DNA of 32,000 bases from Candidatus Kuenenia stuttgartensis (GTDB lineage: Bacteria; Planctomycetota; Brocadiia; Brocadiales; Brocadiaceae): NCBI RefSeq assembly GCF_900232105.1, contig NZ_LT934425.1, forward strand, positions 1,200,001 through 1,232,000, written 5' to 3'. Of this stretch, positions 1 through 8,645 are shown one piece after another (positions within the stretch are counted from its first letter, which is position 1; each line of letters begins with the position of its first letter). Under the pieces are notes generated by a model that was not told the origin of the DNA, made no database searches, and was given only the letters and a program-made list of their open reading frames with translations. The position numbers were made by a program, and so were the translations under genes.

Positions 1-398
1 TGTCGAATTGCACTCCCCTGGAGATTGAAGCGATAAGACTTGCACTCGCACATAAAGACGATCTCTGTGCATTGGGCGCATTGTCAGAATCGGTGAAACT
101 CCATGAGGGTTTGTCTGTGGGAGCAGCGTGGAGCGTGTACCAAGTGGCAAAGGAATTAGGGATAGAAGAGGCATTGGGAAAGGACTTTGAAGGAAAGCTG
201 GCGCTTTGGCAAGTAATGGCAAGGGTAATAGGCCAGGGGTCAAGACTGTCTGCAGTAAGGCTGGCGCAGATACATGCTGCGGGTGACGTCCTGGATATGA
301 AGCGTGGGTTTGACGAGAACAATCTGTACGATAATTTGTCATGGTTGTCAGAGAATCAGGCAAAGATAGAGCGAAAGCTGTTTGAGTTAAGATGCTAA
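1..398 (+). pseudogene. IS1634-like (IS4-superfamily DDE) transposase, N-terminal fragment; open to the window edge and cut off on its 3' side
   Basis: Frame 3 is open from base 3; the track ORF 72-398 only starts at an internal TTG. The translation ...CTPLEIEAIRLALAHKDD...NLYDNLSWLSENQAKIERKLF is colinear with ...SDIQAEQIKLICKT...KIYYELDKIHKNKISIENHLF of the intact 627-aa transposase at 18244-20127. Similarity ends near 390, where the next element starts. Confidence 0.6.
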
Positions 399-430
399 GC
401 CCCACAATAAATGAACCTGGAATTCTCAGA

Positions 431-733
431 TTAAGTGGAATTAATATATTGAGGTAAAACGGATTTTAGCAGATAGACAGCATCTGGGAAAGAGGAGTTG
501 GAATCTACCATGACGATGTCGATGGTATTAAAGTTTTTTTTACAACGGAAACACCTGGCGAGGTTCGTATTTGGGTTGGTGGCGGAATTAAATTCAGAAC
601 AGAGAGGGCAGAGGAAGCGGAAATAGCCTTCGGAGTATTTATGAGGTATGGAGAGGACATCAGCGATGAGTCGATCGATGGGGATATCGTTTCGTAATGA
701 GCGCAAGAGTTGAGGGGAAAAGAGACGGGCCAT
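431..733 (-). CDS. CHC2-type (primase-like) zinc-finger protein, last gene of the transposon module
   Basis: IPIDRLIADVLSIPHKYSEGYFRFLCPLCSEFNSATNPNTNLARCFRCKKNFNTIDIVM follows the DnaG/TraC zf-CHC2 layout (CP.. x ~17 C..C, then ..D.I.FVM). It starts 11 nt after the ATPase gene, so it looks operonic. Confidence 0.6.
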   Translation of the reverse strand: MARLFSPQLLRSLRNDIPIDRLIADVLSIPHKYSEGYFRFLCPLCSEFNSATNPNTNLARCFRCKKNFNTIDIVMVDSNSSFPDAVYLLKSVLPQYINST

Positions 734-744
734 GGTAGACCTCC

Positions 745-1536
745 TTAAAAAGATTGAATTTCAGCAAGAGCCTGATGGAAGATATCCTGGGTAATTTTCT
801 GTGATTGTCTGATGGAAGCGTTAATCAGGCAGGCGGTGGAAATGGCGTTGATTTGCCTTGGGATGCCGGCGGAGAACTCATGGATCAGGTCTTTGACGTC
901 TGAGTCAAAGATTTTATCGGATGCGCCGGAAGATTTCAGATGGAAGTCTATGTATGCAGCGGTTTGAGTTTTAGTAAGGGGATGAATGTGGTAATGTACC
1001 GAGATGCGTTGTGCGAAGTCGGCATGGATGTCTCTTTTGAGGATATATTTGAGGTGTTCCTGTCCCGAGAGGATGATTTTGAGATGAGTGGAAGAATCAA
1101 GCGGAGAGCTGACAAGGAGTCTGAGGTCTGTGATGGCGTCGGTTTTCAGGAGATGAGCCTCGTCGATAACGATAATGGGAGTGAGATTTGAGCGCAAGGA
1201 TTTATCCATAATTTGGAGGAAGAGCCGGTCTTTGGTGTGTTTTGGTATTTCACCGAGCTGGGAGACGATTAAGGAGAGAAGGCTGGATGATTTTAGGTGG
1301 GTAAAATGGAGGTAGATGGGGAGAAACAGGTTTTGGGGGATTTGTGAGAGGAAGAGTTTGAGGAGTGTGGATTTTCCGACTCCCGTCTGTCCGTAGAGGA
1401 CGGCGATAGAGCCTGAGTGTAAGAGGTATTGGAGTCGTGCAAGCCCCTGGGTAAAGCGTTCGTCTTTCATGATAAGGCTGGTGTTGATTCTTTCAGAGAA
1501 CGGCTGAGTAGTCATGGAAAAATGAGAAGTAAACAT
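745..1536 (-). CDS. AAA+ ATPase, TniB/TnsC/ExeA-like (AAA_22 type) transposition helper
   Basis: Walker A GQTGVGKST and Walker B IIVIDEAHLL. About 260 aa, and it starts 2 nt after the transposase stop, the typical TniA-TniB / Tn552 p480-p271 arrangement. Confidence 0.8.
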   Translation of the reverse strand: MFTSHFSMTTQPFSERINTSLIMKDERFTQGLARLQYLLHSGSIAVLYGQTGVGKSTLLKLFLSQIPQNLFLPIYLHFTHLKSSSLLSLIVSQLGEIPKHTKDRLFLQIMDKSLRSNLTPIIVIDEAHLLKTDAITDLRLLVSSPLDSSTHLKIILSGQEHLKYILKRDIHADFAQRISVHYHIHPLTKTQTAAYIDFHLKSSGASDKIFDSDVKDLIHEFSAGIPRQINAISTACLINASIRQSQKITQDIFHQALAEIQSF

Positions 1537-1538
1537 GG

Positions 1539-3099
1539 TTAAGAGACCTCCTTTTTCGAGTAAGCGATTTGTAATTCACGAATGATATAGGGTAAGGTTT
1601 TCACGGAGGCATTTTGGAATGCCTCCGTGAGCAATGATTCGTTGAGAGCGGGGATACGGTTGTAGCATTTTTTAAGCGATTCGAGTTCATGAGAGCTGAA
1701 GGCGGAGAGAGAGCCTTTGTGTCCCATGAGGAGTGCGAGTTTCTGGACGAATGCCATGAATGGCCAGGGTCGTTCGGAGATGATTTGGTGGTAATCAATG
1801 CCTTTGGCCTGAGCCTGGAGAATGGATTTGTGTTTCTGAGTGATAAGGTCGAGGTAATTATGTTTTGGTTTTGAAGGTGAGGCGGCTGGAGTTTCAGCGC
1901 CCTGGTCGCGCAGGTAGAGATTTCCCGAGCCGAGGTATTCACCGTTTGCGGAATAGATCAAGACCTTTTTGAGATCGCCGTATGGGTCGTAACGGACTTC
2001 TACTTTATCGCCTCTGAGTTTGGGGTCAACACGGTAAAAGCGGTTATCAATGCGGACATCGGCAAAGGTTCTGTCAACGGTTCTGGGGATGCGTTTCATG
2101 AAGAAGGCAAGAGCGGCGTCCATATCGACGTGTCGGATGACGGTAAGCCCCTCGTCGTAGCGTTGTTTTGGAGATTGATTGGTTTCGGAGTGGATTCTTG
2201 CGTGATAGACAACGGCAAGGTAAGCGGAGAAGGCCTGGTTAATGGCATCAAGGGTGATAATGTCGCCGGAGCGGACTTCCGACTCGAACTGTGTCTGGCT
2301 GGTGCCGAAGAAACGTTCGACCAGTCCGCCGGGAGCAGGGTCGCGTGGTGGTCTGTGGATGAGTTTAATGCCGAGGTTGTAACAGGCAGAGCGCAGGGCG
2401 TCAGAGTGGTAGACCTTGGCATTGTCGAGGTAGAGTTCTTTGGGCGAGCCGTGGATAGTCCAGGCCCTGATGAGAGAATCGATAAGGATATCGAGGGTTT
2501 GTTTGAGATAATACCGTCCTTCGACCACATAACGGCTGTAGCAGTCGATAAAGAGACAGAGGTTTGTGGGAAGCGCCTCGCCGTCAACGAGCACGAAAGG
2601 GCCTTCCTGGAAGTCGCCAATCCAGAGGTCGTGGGTATGCTCACGGCTAAGAGCGTATACGCACCTTTTGCTGTGAGACGCCGAGTTTGAGCCGGGTCGC
2701 CCCTGCGAGTCTGAGATGGCGGTAGAGGGTGGATTTGGGGATCGTTTTCCCATAGTATTTCTCAAGAAAGCGGTTGAGGCAATCGTCGCTGCGGCGTGGT
2801 TGTTCTTTTTTGAGTTCAACGGCTTTGTCGATAATTTCAGGAGAAAACCTTCTGGATGCGCCACGGTCGCTCCTCGCCTTTCTTGCAAGAGATTGAAATC
2901 CATCTTTGCGGTAGCGGTTGAGTTTTCTCCTGAGGGTAGAGATAGTGGGTCTTTTCCGCTTTCCGTTGGGGAATACGACCTCCTGAAGGCAGAGTTTTTT
3001 CAGAAAAAGGTTGGTCTGCTCCTTCTCAATCTCACCGAAGATGACAGGATGCAGAAGATTGCACCAGAATAAAGCCCATTTTTCGTCTTTCGATTTCAT
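1539..3099 (-). pseudogene. Mu/Tn552/TniA-TnsB-like DDE transposase (HTH + rve core + Mu-transposase C-terminal domain), split over two frames
   Basis: ORF 2647-3099 gives the N-terminal HTH part. ORF 1539-2903 gives the integrase core (HTHDLWIGDF...FIDCYSRYVV...LYLDNAKVYHS...GGLVERFF) and a Mu-C-like beta-barrel (RTVDRTFADVRIDNRFYRV...). The frames switch (+1) at an A4 run, plus-strand TTTT at 2666-2669. Confidence 0.75.
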
Positions 3100-3137
3100 A
3101 ATTCACCTCCTTTTTTAAGTGTGGAGGTGATTGTAAC

Positions 3138-3776
3138 TCAAGACCAGCCGCTTTTTGTTGCCAGTTCGGGGAAAAATGAATGCCCAAAAATTCGGTGATA
3201 TTCCGGCTCGGCGCTGAACAATTGAATCGATTGATCGAGGGAGGTTTTTCGTTGTTTGCTTTTATACTTTCCGTGGTAAATGGGAAACATTTGGCGAAAA
3301 ACCGGAGAGTTGGGGTCGGCCTGCCTGATGAGGTCAAAGGCGTTGCGGAGTGTGTATTTCAGTGAGCCAAAGAAACGCAGCCACCTCCAAACGGTTGACC
3401 AGGCAAGCATGCGGTTGTCTATTTCCTGTGTTCGGGTAGTATATCCGATGGCAGAGGAGACACTCCGGTAGGTTTCTGTATCATCTTTGACATAAGCCTG
3501 ACTGAAGGAGAGACAGTGATCCTTTACGTACCGCTTGTAAGGGAGCGCATACTCAGGATAGGAAGTAAACGTCTTCTTGCACAAGGAACATTTCCAACGT
3601 CCCAGGAAAGATTCTATCGTATGAACAAGGGAGTCGATAATAACGTGAAACAACCGATATCTGCATTCATGAAGGGTGAAATTGACATGGGTACTCTTGC
3701 ACTTTGGACAAAAGCATGGCTTCTGTTTTGTCGCAATAAGCTTTTCATGCTTGTGGATTTTTTCTATAATATTCAC
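3138..3776 (-). CDS. Zn-ribbon protein of unknown function, first gene of the transposon module (possible target-selector/TniQ analogue)
   Basis: Two CxxC pairs (CFCPKCKS...H, CSLCKKTF). Same strand as the transposase and 38 nt upstream of it. I recognise no catalytic motif. Confidence 0.5.
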   Translation of the reverse strand: MNIIEKIHKHEKLIATKQKPCFCPKCKSTHVNFTLHECRYRLFHVIIDSLVHTIESFLGRWKCSLCKKTFTSYPEYALPYKRYVKDHCLSFSQAYVKDDTETYRSVSSAIGYTTRTQEIDNRMLAWSTVWRWLRFFGSLKYTLRNAFDLIRQADPNSPVFRQMFPIYHGKYKSKQRKTSLDQSIQLFSAEPEYHRIFGHSFFPELATKSGWS

Positions 3777-4145
3777 GCACTGCCTCCTTTGTATAGGGGG
3801 GAAATGGGCAGGAGGATGAAGTTTCCCAACGTTCGGTCCTCCTGCCCTGAGTTTTTTATGTTCCGGAAAAATCTTACAAAACTTGTCCTCGTGAAAACGG
3901 GGAACTGGGAAGTAAACCGCCGTTAGGAAGTTTGGAAGTGGTTTTAACCCCTTCCAAACTATTTAATGAGGCTTTACTCCGCCTTACGGACGGAACTTCT
4001 TTCTAACGGGGTAAACGATGTATTTTTCTTAACGTGAACAAAAAATCAAGTGAAATACTTACGCAGGATAAAAAAAAGGCGGGGTAGCTGGGTAAGATTT
4101 TTCAAATCATTTGCTGGGTATTAGACTCAAATATTCTGAGACTAA

Positions 4146-5348
4146 TTGGGCATTTTTGGAGCATTTATTCTAAGACGTAGCACCCGGTATCAGTTTGTCG
4201 ATGCGGTACAAATGGTAGTGATAGGGTTGATAGCAGGGGCGACATCGATGGTAGAGGTGATGAAGGTGTGTACAGATGAGGTATTGAAGAAGATGTCCGG
4301 GTGGAAAGAGGTACCTGTAGATACTACGATAGGACGTATTATGAAGCTGGCGAGTCAGGGAGATATAGTGGAACTGACGGGGGTGATCCACCGGTTTAGG
4401 GGAAAGATATGGAAGCGTGCGGTGAGATCAGGCCATAAACTCAGGAGTGCTCTTTGCGAAGTATGGATAGATGTTGATTCTACCGTAGATGGTGTATATG
4501 GGAAACAGGAGGGTGCAGAGGTAGGATATAATCCGCACAAGAAGGGGCAGAAGGCGTATCATCCCTTAATGGCATTTATTGCAGAAACAAAGGAGGTATT
4601 ACATAGTTGGTTCCGCTGTGGAAGCGCCTACACGAGTAACGGAGTAGTAGAGTTCATGAAGGAATGTATGGCGTACATGAATAAGGGGGTAAGGGTGGTA
4701 TTTCGGGGAGACAGCGGTTTTTTTACCGGAGAATTACTTGAATACCTTGAGTCAATATTGGCGGGATATCTGATTAAGGTAAAGCTGAAGAATCTGGAAG
4801 GATTGCTTGAAGGGCAGAAATGGAATGAGGTGAAAGGGGAGCCAGGATGGGAACAGGCTGAATTTTGGTATCGATGTGCAGGGTGGGATCGTGCGAGACG
4901 TTTTGTGGCAGTGCGGCAATTGGTCAAAAGAGAAAAGAAATTAGTAGAAGTGTCCGTGTATGAGTATTTTTGTTACGTTACAACGGAGCGGTTAAGTCCG
5001 ATGGAAGCGCATCGTTGTTATGGAAAGAGGGCTACCTGCGAGACTTTGATAGAAGAGAGTAAAGGACAGATGAATGCGGGGCACATACGTACGGGTGAAT
5101 TTTTGGCCAATGCTGCGCTATTTCAGTGTGCGGTGTTAGCGTATAATCTTTTGAAGTGGATGGGATTGCTCAGTGGTGGAGTGATACAACAGTGGGAAGT
5201 AAAGACGATGAGACTGTGGTTAATCCGTGTGGCAGGGAAACTGGTGGAGAGAAGCCGGCAGATGACATTAAAATTGCCGGAGAAATTTCTCCATCAGGAG
5301 GAATGGGAAAAGTGGGAACGCATGTCACTGGATGTAGTTTTTCAGTAG
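4146..5348 (+). CDS. IS1380-family DDE transposase, 5' end degenerate
   Basis: Layout typical of IS1380/ISEcp1-like enzymes: WIDVDSTV...GYNPHKKGQKAYHPL...FRGDSGF...YGKRATCETLIEESK. Family-like similarity (..KSFAGY..LGIFGAFI..) continues upstream of the TTG at 4146 but crosses three in-frame stops. Confidence 0.8.
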   Translation: MGIFGAFILRRSTRYQFVDAVQMVVIGLIAGATSMVEVMKVCTDEVLKKMSGWKEVPVDTTIGRIMKLASQGDIVELTGVIHRFRGKIWKRAVRSGHKLRSALCEVWIDVDSTVDGVYGKQEGAEVGYNPHKKGQKAYHPLMAFIAETKEVLHSWFRCGSAYTSNGVVEFMKECMAYMNKGVRVVFRGDSGFFTGELLEYLESILAGYLIKVKLKNLEGLLEGQKWNEVKGEPGWEQAEFWYRCAGWDRARRFVAVRQLVKREKKLVEVSVYEYFCYVTTERLSPMEAHRCYGKRATCETLIEESKGQMNAGHIRTGEFLANAALFQCAVLAYNLLKWMGLLSGGVIQQWEVKTMRLWLIRVAGKLVERSRQMTLKLPEKFLHQEEWEKWERMSLDVVFQ

Positions 5349-5861
5349 AAAACCGACGTTGTATTTCGTTTTTTTAGTCTTTTGAGAGTGGTAAGTATAC
5401 CGCAGATGGAGACAGTACATCCCTATCTTGATTTTCATTGCATCAGAGAGCACGTTTCCGACAATTTCCCATGTCTTTTTGTTTAAAGTAGTACAATAGC
5501 GCTACCACAATTGCTAAAAAACGGATATCTGTTATCGCTTTTTGCCAATCTTGGTAGTGGAAAATACTGATTTTCGCATTGCGAAAATCGTTTGCAGGAT
5601 TTAGGTACAAATTAAACATACACCATTAGGCAGAAAAAATATAAAATCACCCATGAAAACTCAAAGATGTAGTGCCGAAAAATGAAGGACTAAAGTCGTA
5701 TCACATTGGCAATAAAAGAGATACGATTTCTGCTTGTCGAAGTTGGGTTAACTGAAGTTCACCTCTGCGAAACAACATAAGAATATGTGAACATATGAGA
5801 TAAGTAATTTTGCGTACCATTGTCAATATCTATCGTTGTACGCAGGGTTAAATTGCCGCAA

Positions 5862-5954
5862 TCAAACTTGCCATGAAATGAAAAGAAGATTTATCGGTAC
5901 TTGACTCTCTCCGCCAAGGGCATTAATTAAATGCTGTTCTGTCATTCTTTTCAT
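5862..5954 (-). pseudogene. Rubrerythrin-like gene start, truncated after about 18 codons
   Basis: MKRMTEQHLINALGGESQ matches the usual rubrerythrin N-terminus (..TE.NL..AF.GESQARNRY). It is preceded by a G-rich SD. Similarity is lost after GESQ near 5901. Confidence 0.35.
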
Positions 5955-6054
5955 AAATACCCCCCTAGAAAAATAAAGCCTTACTACGAAAATATTCTTT
6001 TCAAACATCTTCGGTGGTAAGGCTGTCTTTTTTGCAACTACTAATACAGAAAGA

Positions 6055-6294
6055 TCAGACCAAAAGACCATTAAATTTATCCCTCCATTCTCTATATTCA
6101 AGTACGTAGTTATAGCCGCAAACCTTGCTTATTTCTCTGTTTTGTAATATTTTATCTATTATAAACGCACATTCTCTCGTTTCCCTTTGCGGACCATAGG
6201 GGTTGAAGATCATACCCTCTTTCTGAACAAAAACATAGTCACAGATTAACAGAATATTCTCAAAGATATAAAAGGTAAAACCTGGGGTATGCCC
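6055..6294 (-). pseudogene. Rubredoxin-MBL-fold-like protein, 3' part (separated from the 5' part by IS4 copy 1)
   Basis: Reading across the IS gives ...GIEALHSGGHTP|GFTFYIFENILL..., restoring a GHTPG motif typical of metallo-beta-lactamase-fold proteins. Confidence 0.6.
6284..6294. repeat. Target-site duplication (left) of IS4 copy 1: GGGGTATGCCC
   Basis: The identical 11-mer lies directly outside both IS termini, here and at 7679-7689. Confidence 0.9.
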
Positions 6295-7678
6295 CATAAG
6301 CGCTAACTTGTTTTAGGTATGCTCGAAGTATTTTGATATCTGTGTTTTTCGGATTCTTGTATTTTCTGCTAAAGAACAAGCAATGTCATTCCAGCACTTA
6401 AGAACTTCCTGTAATGATAACGCTGGTTCTATAGCCCGTTTTACTTGATTAAGCATAAAAGCAAATTCACGCCATTTGCTTTTAGTCTTCTTGCTTGACA
6501 ATGAAGTATCCCCAGGGGGAAAAAGACGTAGCAAAATCTATTAGTTTTTCTGTCAAAAGAGCAACGAATAGTTTGCCATAAAGCCAAGCTTTTGAGCTAT
6601 CATCATCGTATTTAGGTAAGTGTCCAAATTGTGCTATTTGTTTAAATCTTTTAAAGACCAGTTCAATTTGCCATCGAACTCGATACCATTCTAAGATATC
6701 AAAAGCGGTAAATTGATTTTCAGGAAACGTTGTGAATACTATTACGTACTTGGCATAAATAAGGGTCTCCGGTTTTAGTTCAATGCCCTTTTTGCTTGCA
6801 TGTCTTTTAAGTTTTTTATGAGCTATTTTAATGGCTTCTTCTGTTTTGTGTATTATACAAAGACGACCTTTGACATATTCAGTATTATCAACGTTTGGAA
6901 TAAAAACGTTCCATGATTTTATAGCAAGGGGTCTTTTTAAATATTGGATTTCTTTCAATAAAGGAAAGGGTTTCTTTTCTTCGCCGAATATCCGTAGAGA
7001 TTGCGAATTAACTCTAACGCTAAGATAAGCGCCTTTCCTTGTTGCATGATGAATTCCTTGGCCAGTACAGTAACCTCTGTCAGCTATAATATAATCATCT
7101 TTTTTCATCGGAAACTGCCGAAAAGATTCTCCTGTGCCTTCTCCTTCAGTTCCCGTAAGTTTAAAGAAATCGCAAGATAATGAAGGAACCTCAATACTAT
7201 AATGAATGCGCCAAAGACTTCCTGTTTTCCCAGGTTCCTTTACTGTTGTTGCATCAAATAAGCGAAGATGAAAATTATTCCGTTTATTAATTTGGAGGCC
7301 ACGCTCACGGAATAAAGATAAACATAATTTATATAGCCATTCTTTGCTCTTTTTTAATCGCTTTAATAAGGCAACATCGGATAAATCTGCTAAGTTAGCA
7401 CGCTTGGCTCGAACTACTGTTTCACGCAATGAATAGCCACATCCTAAATGAATTAATAATGTTCGAAGAAGCTTTTCTTCAGATTTATCCTTGCGCAAGC
7501 CTTTTAAAGCATTTGTATCAACGGCTAAACTTTTCCAATCGTTTGGGAAGAAAGTTCTTAGAAGATCCCAATCTTCTCTCATCATGGCTTTATCCTCCTA
7601 TAGAGTGATTAGCGGGATAATTAACATAAAAATACCATGATGAATAAAATTTGTCAATAAAACAAGTTAGCGCTTATG
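6295..7678 (-). mobile_element. IS4-family insertion sequence, copy 1 (1384 bp)
   Basis: Termini are CATAAGCGCTAACTTGTTTTA ... TAAAACAAGTTAGCGCTTATG, about 21-bp perfect inverted repeats. It has an 11-bp TSD, and all three track ORFs are identical to those of the copy at 15025-16408. Confidence 0.92.
6482..7585 (-). CDS. IS4-family DDE transposase (367 aa; C-terminal ~60 aa continue in the +1 frame as ORF 6313-6534)
   Basis: DDE_Tnp_1-like: FDATTV..., IIADRGY..., and the Y-2-R-3-E-6-K signature YRVRWQIELVFKRFK. Confidence 0.9.
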   Translation of the reverse strand: MMREDWDLLRTFFPNDWKSLAVDTNALKGLRKDKSEEKLLRTLLIHLGCGYSLRETVVRAKRANLADLSDVALLKRLKKSKEWLYKLCLSLFRERGLQINKRNNFHLRLFDATTVKEPGKTGSLWRIHYSIEVPSLSCDFFKLTGTEGEGTGESFRQFPMKKDDYIIADRGYCTGQGIHHATRKGAYLSVRVNSQSLRIFGEEKKPFPLLKEIQYLKRPLAIKSWNVFIPNVDNTEYVKGRLCIIHKTEEAIKIAHKKLKRHASKKGIELKPETLIYAKYVIVFTTFPENQFTAFDILEWYRVRWQIELVFKRFKQIAQFGHLPKYDDDSSKAWLYGKLFVALLTEKLIDFATSFSPWGYFIVKQED

Positions 7679-7689
7679 GGGGTATGCCC
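7679..7689. repeat. Target-site duplication (right) of IS4 copy 1: GGGGTATGCCC
   Basis: Identical to 6284-6294. Confidence 0.9.
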
Positions 7690-8184
7690 TCCGCTATGTA
7701 AGGCTTCTATGCCTTTTTCAAAAAAATTCTCTTTAAACTTTACATCAAAGGTGAAACCTGCACAGATTCTGTGGGCAGAATCCAGGTCATGTATGCGTAC
7801 CTGGGATTTAAAAAATTCACGGTACTGGTTACTCGCACCAAGAAAATGGTGATGGGTAAAGATGATTGCATCAACAGGCTCAAGACGATTGTCAAAGCAG
7901 GAAGGGCAGTCTATCCAAAAAGACTTATCTCCTGTCTCGATACGATAAGCAGCATGTTCCAATCCAAGGGCGGGGAAGGAGTTCAAGCGGGTTACCTTTT
8001 CGTTCACAGGGGTTCCCATGACTTTAAATTTCGCAGAACATTCCGCTGAAGTAATAAATTTTTCCTTAGGGGCACCACAGAAAGGACAATTATCAGGATA
8101 ATATCCTACTATGTTATAACCACATACCAAACAAACATATTGTTCTTTTTTCACTACACAATTTATTAAAGGGACACTTCCCAT
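7679..8184 (-). pseudogene. Rubredoxin-MBL-fold-like protein, 5' part
   Basis: The probable start is the ATG at 8184 (MGSVPLIN...), with GGAGG 8 nt upstream. It has a rubredoxin-like CLVCGYN...CPFCGAPKEKF and an atypical MBL motif, IIFTHHHFLGAS. The gene is interrupted at GGHTP by IS4 copy 1. Confidence 0.6.
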
Positions 8185-8517
8185 ATTTAATTTACCTCCG
8201 ATTCTTTTTCCTTTTCCTTTTCCTTGGCCTACCGGCCTTCTTTGGCAAAAGGCCACGATCAAGCGCTTTCTCAGGCTTTTTTACAAATCGCTCTGTGCCA
8301 AGCGGCCTCCCTGTTTTGTTATAGCCACTGAGGGTCTTTAGATTAAAACGCCTTGTCTTCATCGTCAAAAAAAGACGTCTCCCCGATTGTTTCCACGTTG
8401 GGTGATATGGTGCAGATAATTCACAGCGCAGACTCTCGCTATTTTTTTGGCATACAGGGCATACAGAGGAAAATATCACACCTTAACGTGCATGTCAAAA
8501 AATATGGGAAATGTCCC
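8171..8517. repeat. TIR-bounded repeat element, long copy (347 bp)
   Basis: GGGACACTTCCCATATTT (8171-8188) and AAATATGGGAAATGTCCC (8500-8517) are inverted repeats (17/18). Both ends and about 75 bp of interior recur at 10914-11058. Confidence 0.8.
8192..8347 (-). pseudogene. C-terminal remnant of a RAYT / IS200-like (Y1, COG1943-type) transposase
   Basis: ...NKTGRPLGTERFVKKPEKALDRGLLPKKAGRPRKRK matches the characteristic tail of REP-associated tyrosine transposases (..G...LGse.F...ie..lGR.l...k.GRPRK). The catalytic N-terminal part is absent. Confidence 0.55.
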
Positions 8518-8550
8518 TACAATTCCCTACAATTCCAACGTAATTTTTTC

Positions 8551-8579
8551 TTGACGATAATAAACATTATGTTTATTAT
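8551..8579 (+). promoter_or_regulatory. higBA promoter with overlapping palindromic operator
   Basis: TTGACG (8551-8556), 17 nt, then TATTAT (8574-8579). The spacer plus -10 form a palindrome with perfect 11-bp arms, ATAATAAACAT-T-ATGTTTATTAT (8557-8579). The higB ATG lies 7 nt downstream of the -10. Confidence 0.6.
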
Positions 8580-8585
8580 CTCTCA

Positions 8586-8645
8586 ATGATAAAATCATTC
8601 CGTTGTCGTGAGACTCGAAAAATATTCTACCGCGAATATTCCTAG
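8586..8645 (+). pseudogene. higB: higB toxin, 5' fragment (19 codons, then the TAG supplied by the insertion)
   Basis: MIKSFRCRETRKIFYREYS is the canonical N-terminus of HigB/'killer protein' RelE-fold toxins. Confidence 0.8.

Larger units (their letters stand above)
399..3960 (-). mobile_element. Tn552/Tn5053/Mu-like transposon module (4 genes); ends not resolved
   Basis: Four co-oriented, tightly spaced genes: Zn-ribbon, DDE transposase, AAA+ ATPase and CHC2 ZnF. The left limit is inferred from loss of IS1634 similarity near 390-398. The right limit lies somewhere between 3777 and the IS1380 5' region (~3960-4050). No terminal inverted repeats could be identified by eye. Confidence 0.45.

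Noticed and set aside
940-2690. Overlapping and antisense ORFs within the transposon genes (940-1191, 1601-1942, 1689-1874, 2096-2644, 2130-2690, 2716-3072)
   Set aside because: They lie inside or opposite ORFs with clear ATPase or transposase motifs, and they have low-complexity translations.
422-4149. 17-nt imperfect direct repeat (ATTCTCAGATTAAGTGG at 422-438, ATTCTGAGACTAATTGG at 4133-4149) as possible transposon ends or TSD
   Set aside because: It matches at only 14 of 17 positions, a level expected many times by chance in 32 kb. The left copy overlaps the CHC2 gene stop, and the right copy lies inside the IS1380 coding region.
5349-5860. Unassigned AT-rich 0.5 kb, screened for a tRNA, small RNA or the IS1380 right end
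   Set aside because: I found only short hairpins (for example GATTTTCGC-ATT-GCGAAAATC at 5569-5589), no tRNA-like cloverleaf, and no convincing inverted repeat matching the IS1380 left side. I cannot assign this stretch from sequence alone.
7654-8262. N-terminal extension MIVAFCQRRPVGQGKGKGKRIGGKLN and C-terminal ISANLFY of the 202-aa track ORF
   Set aside because: The extension reads through the RAYT-remnant tail and a (TTTTCC)3 microsatellite, while an ATG with GGAGG at 8184 is a better start. The last 8 codons are IS4 terminal sequence.
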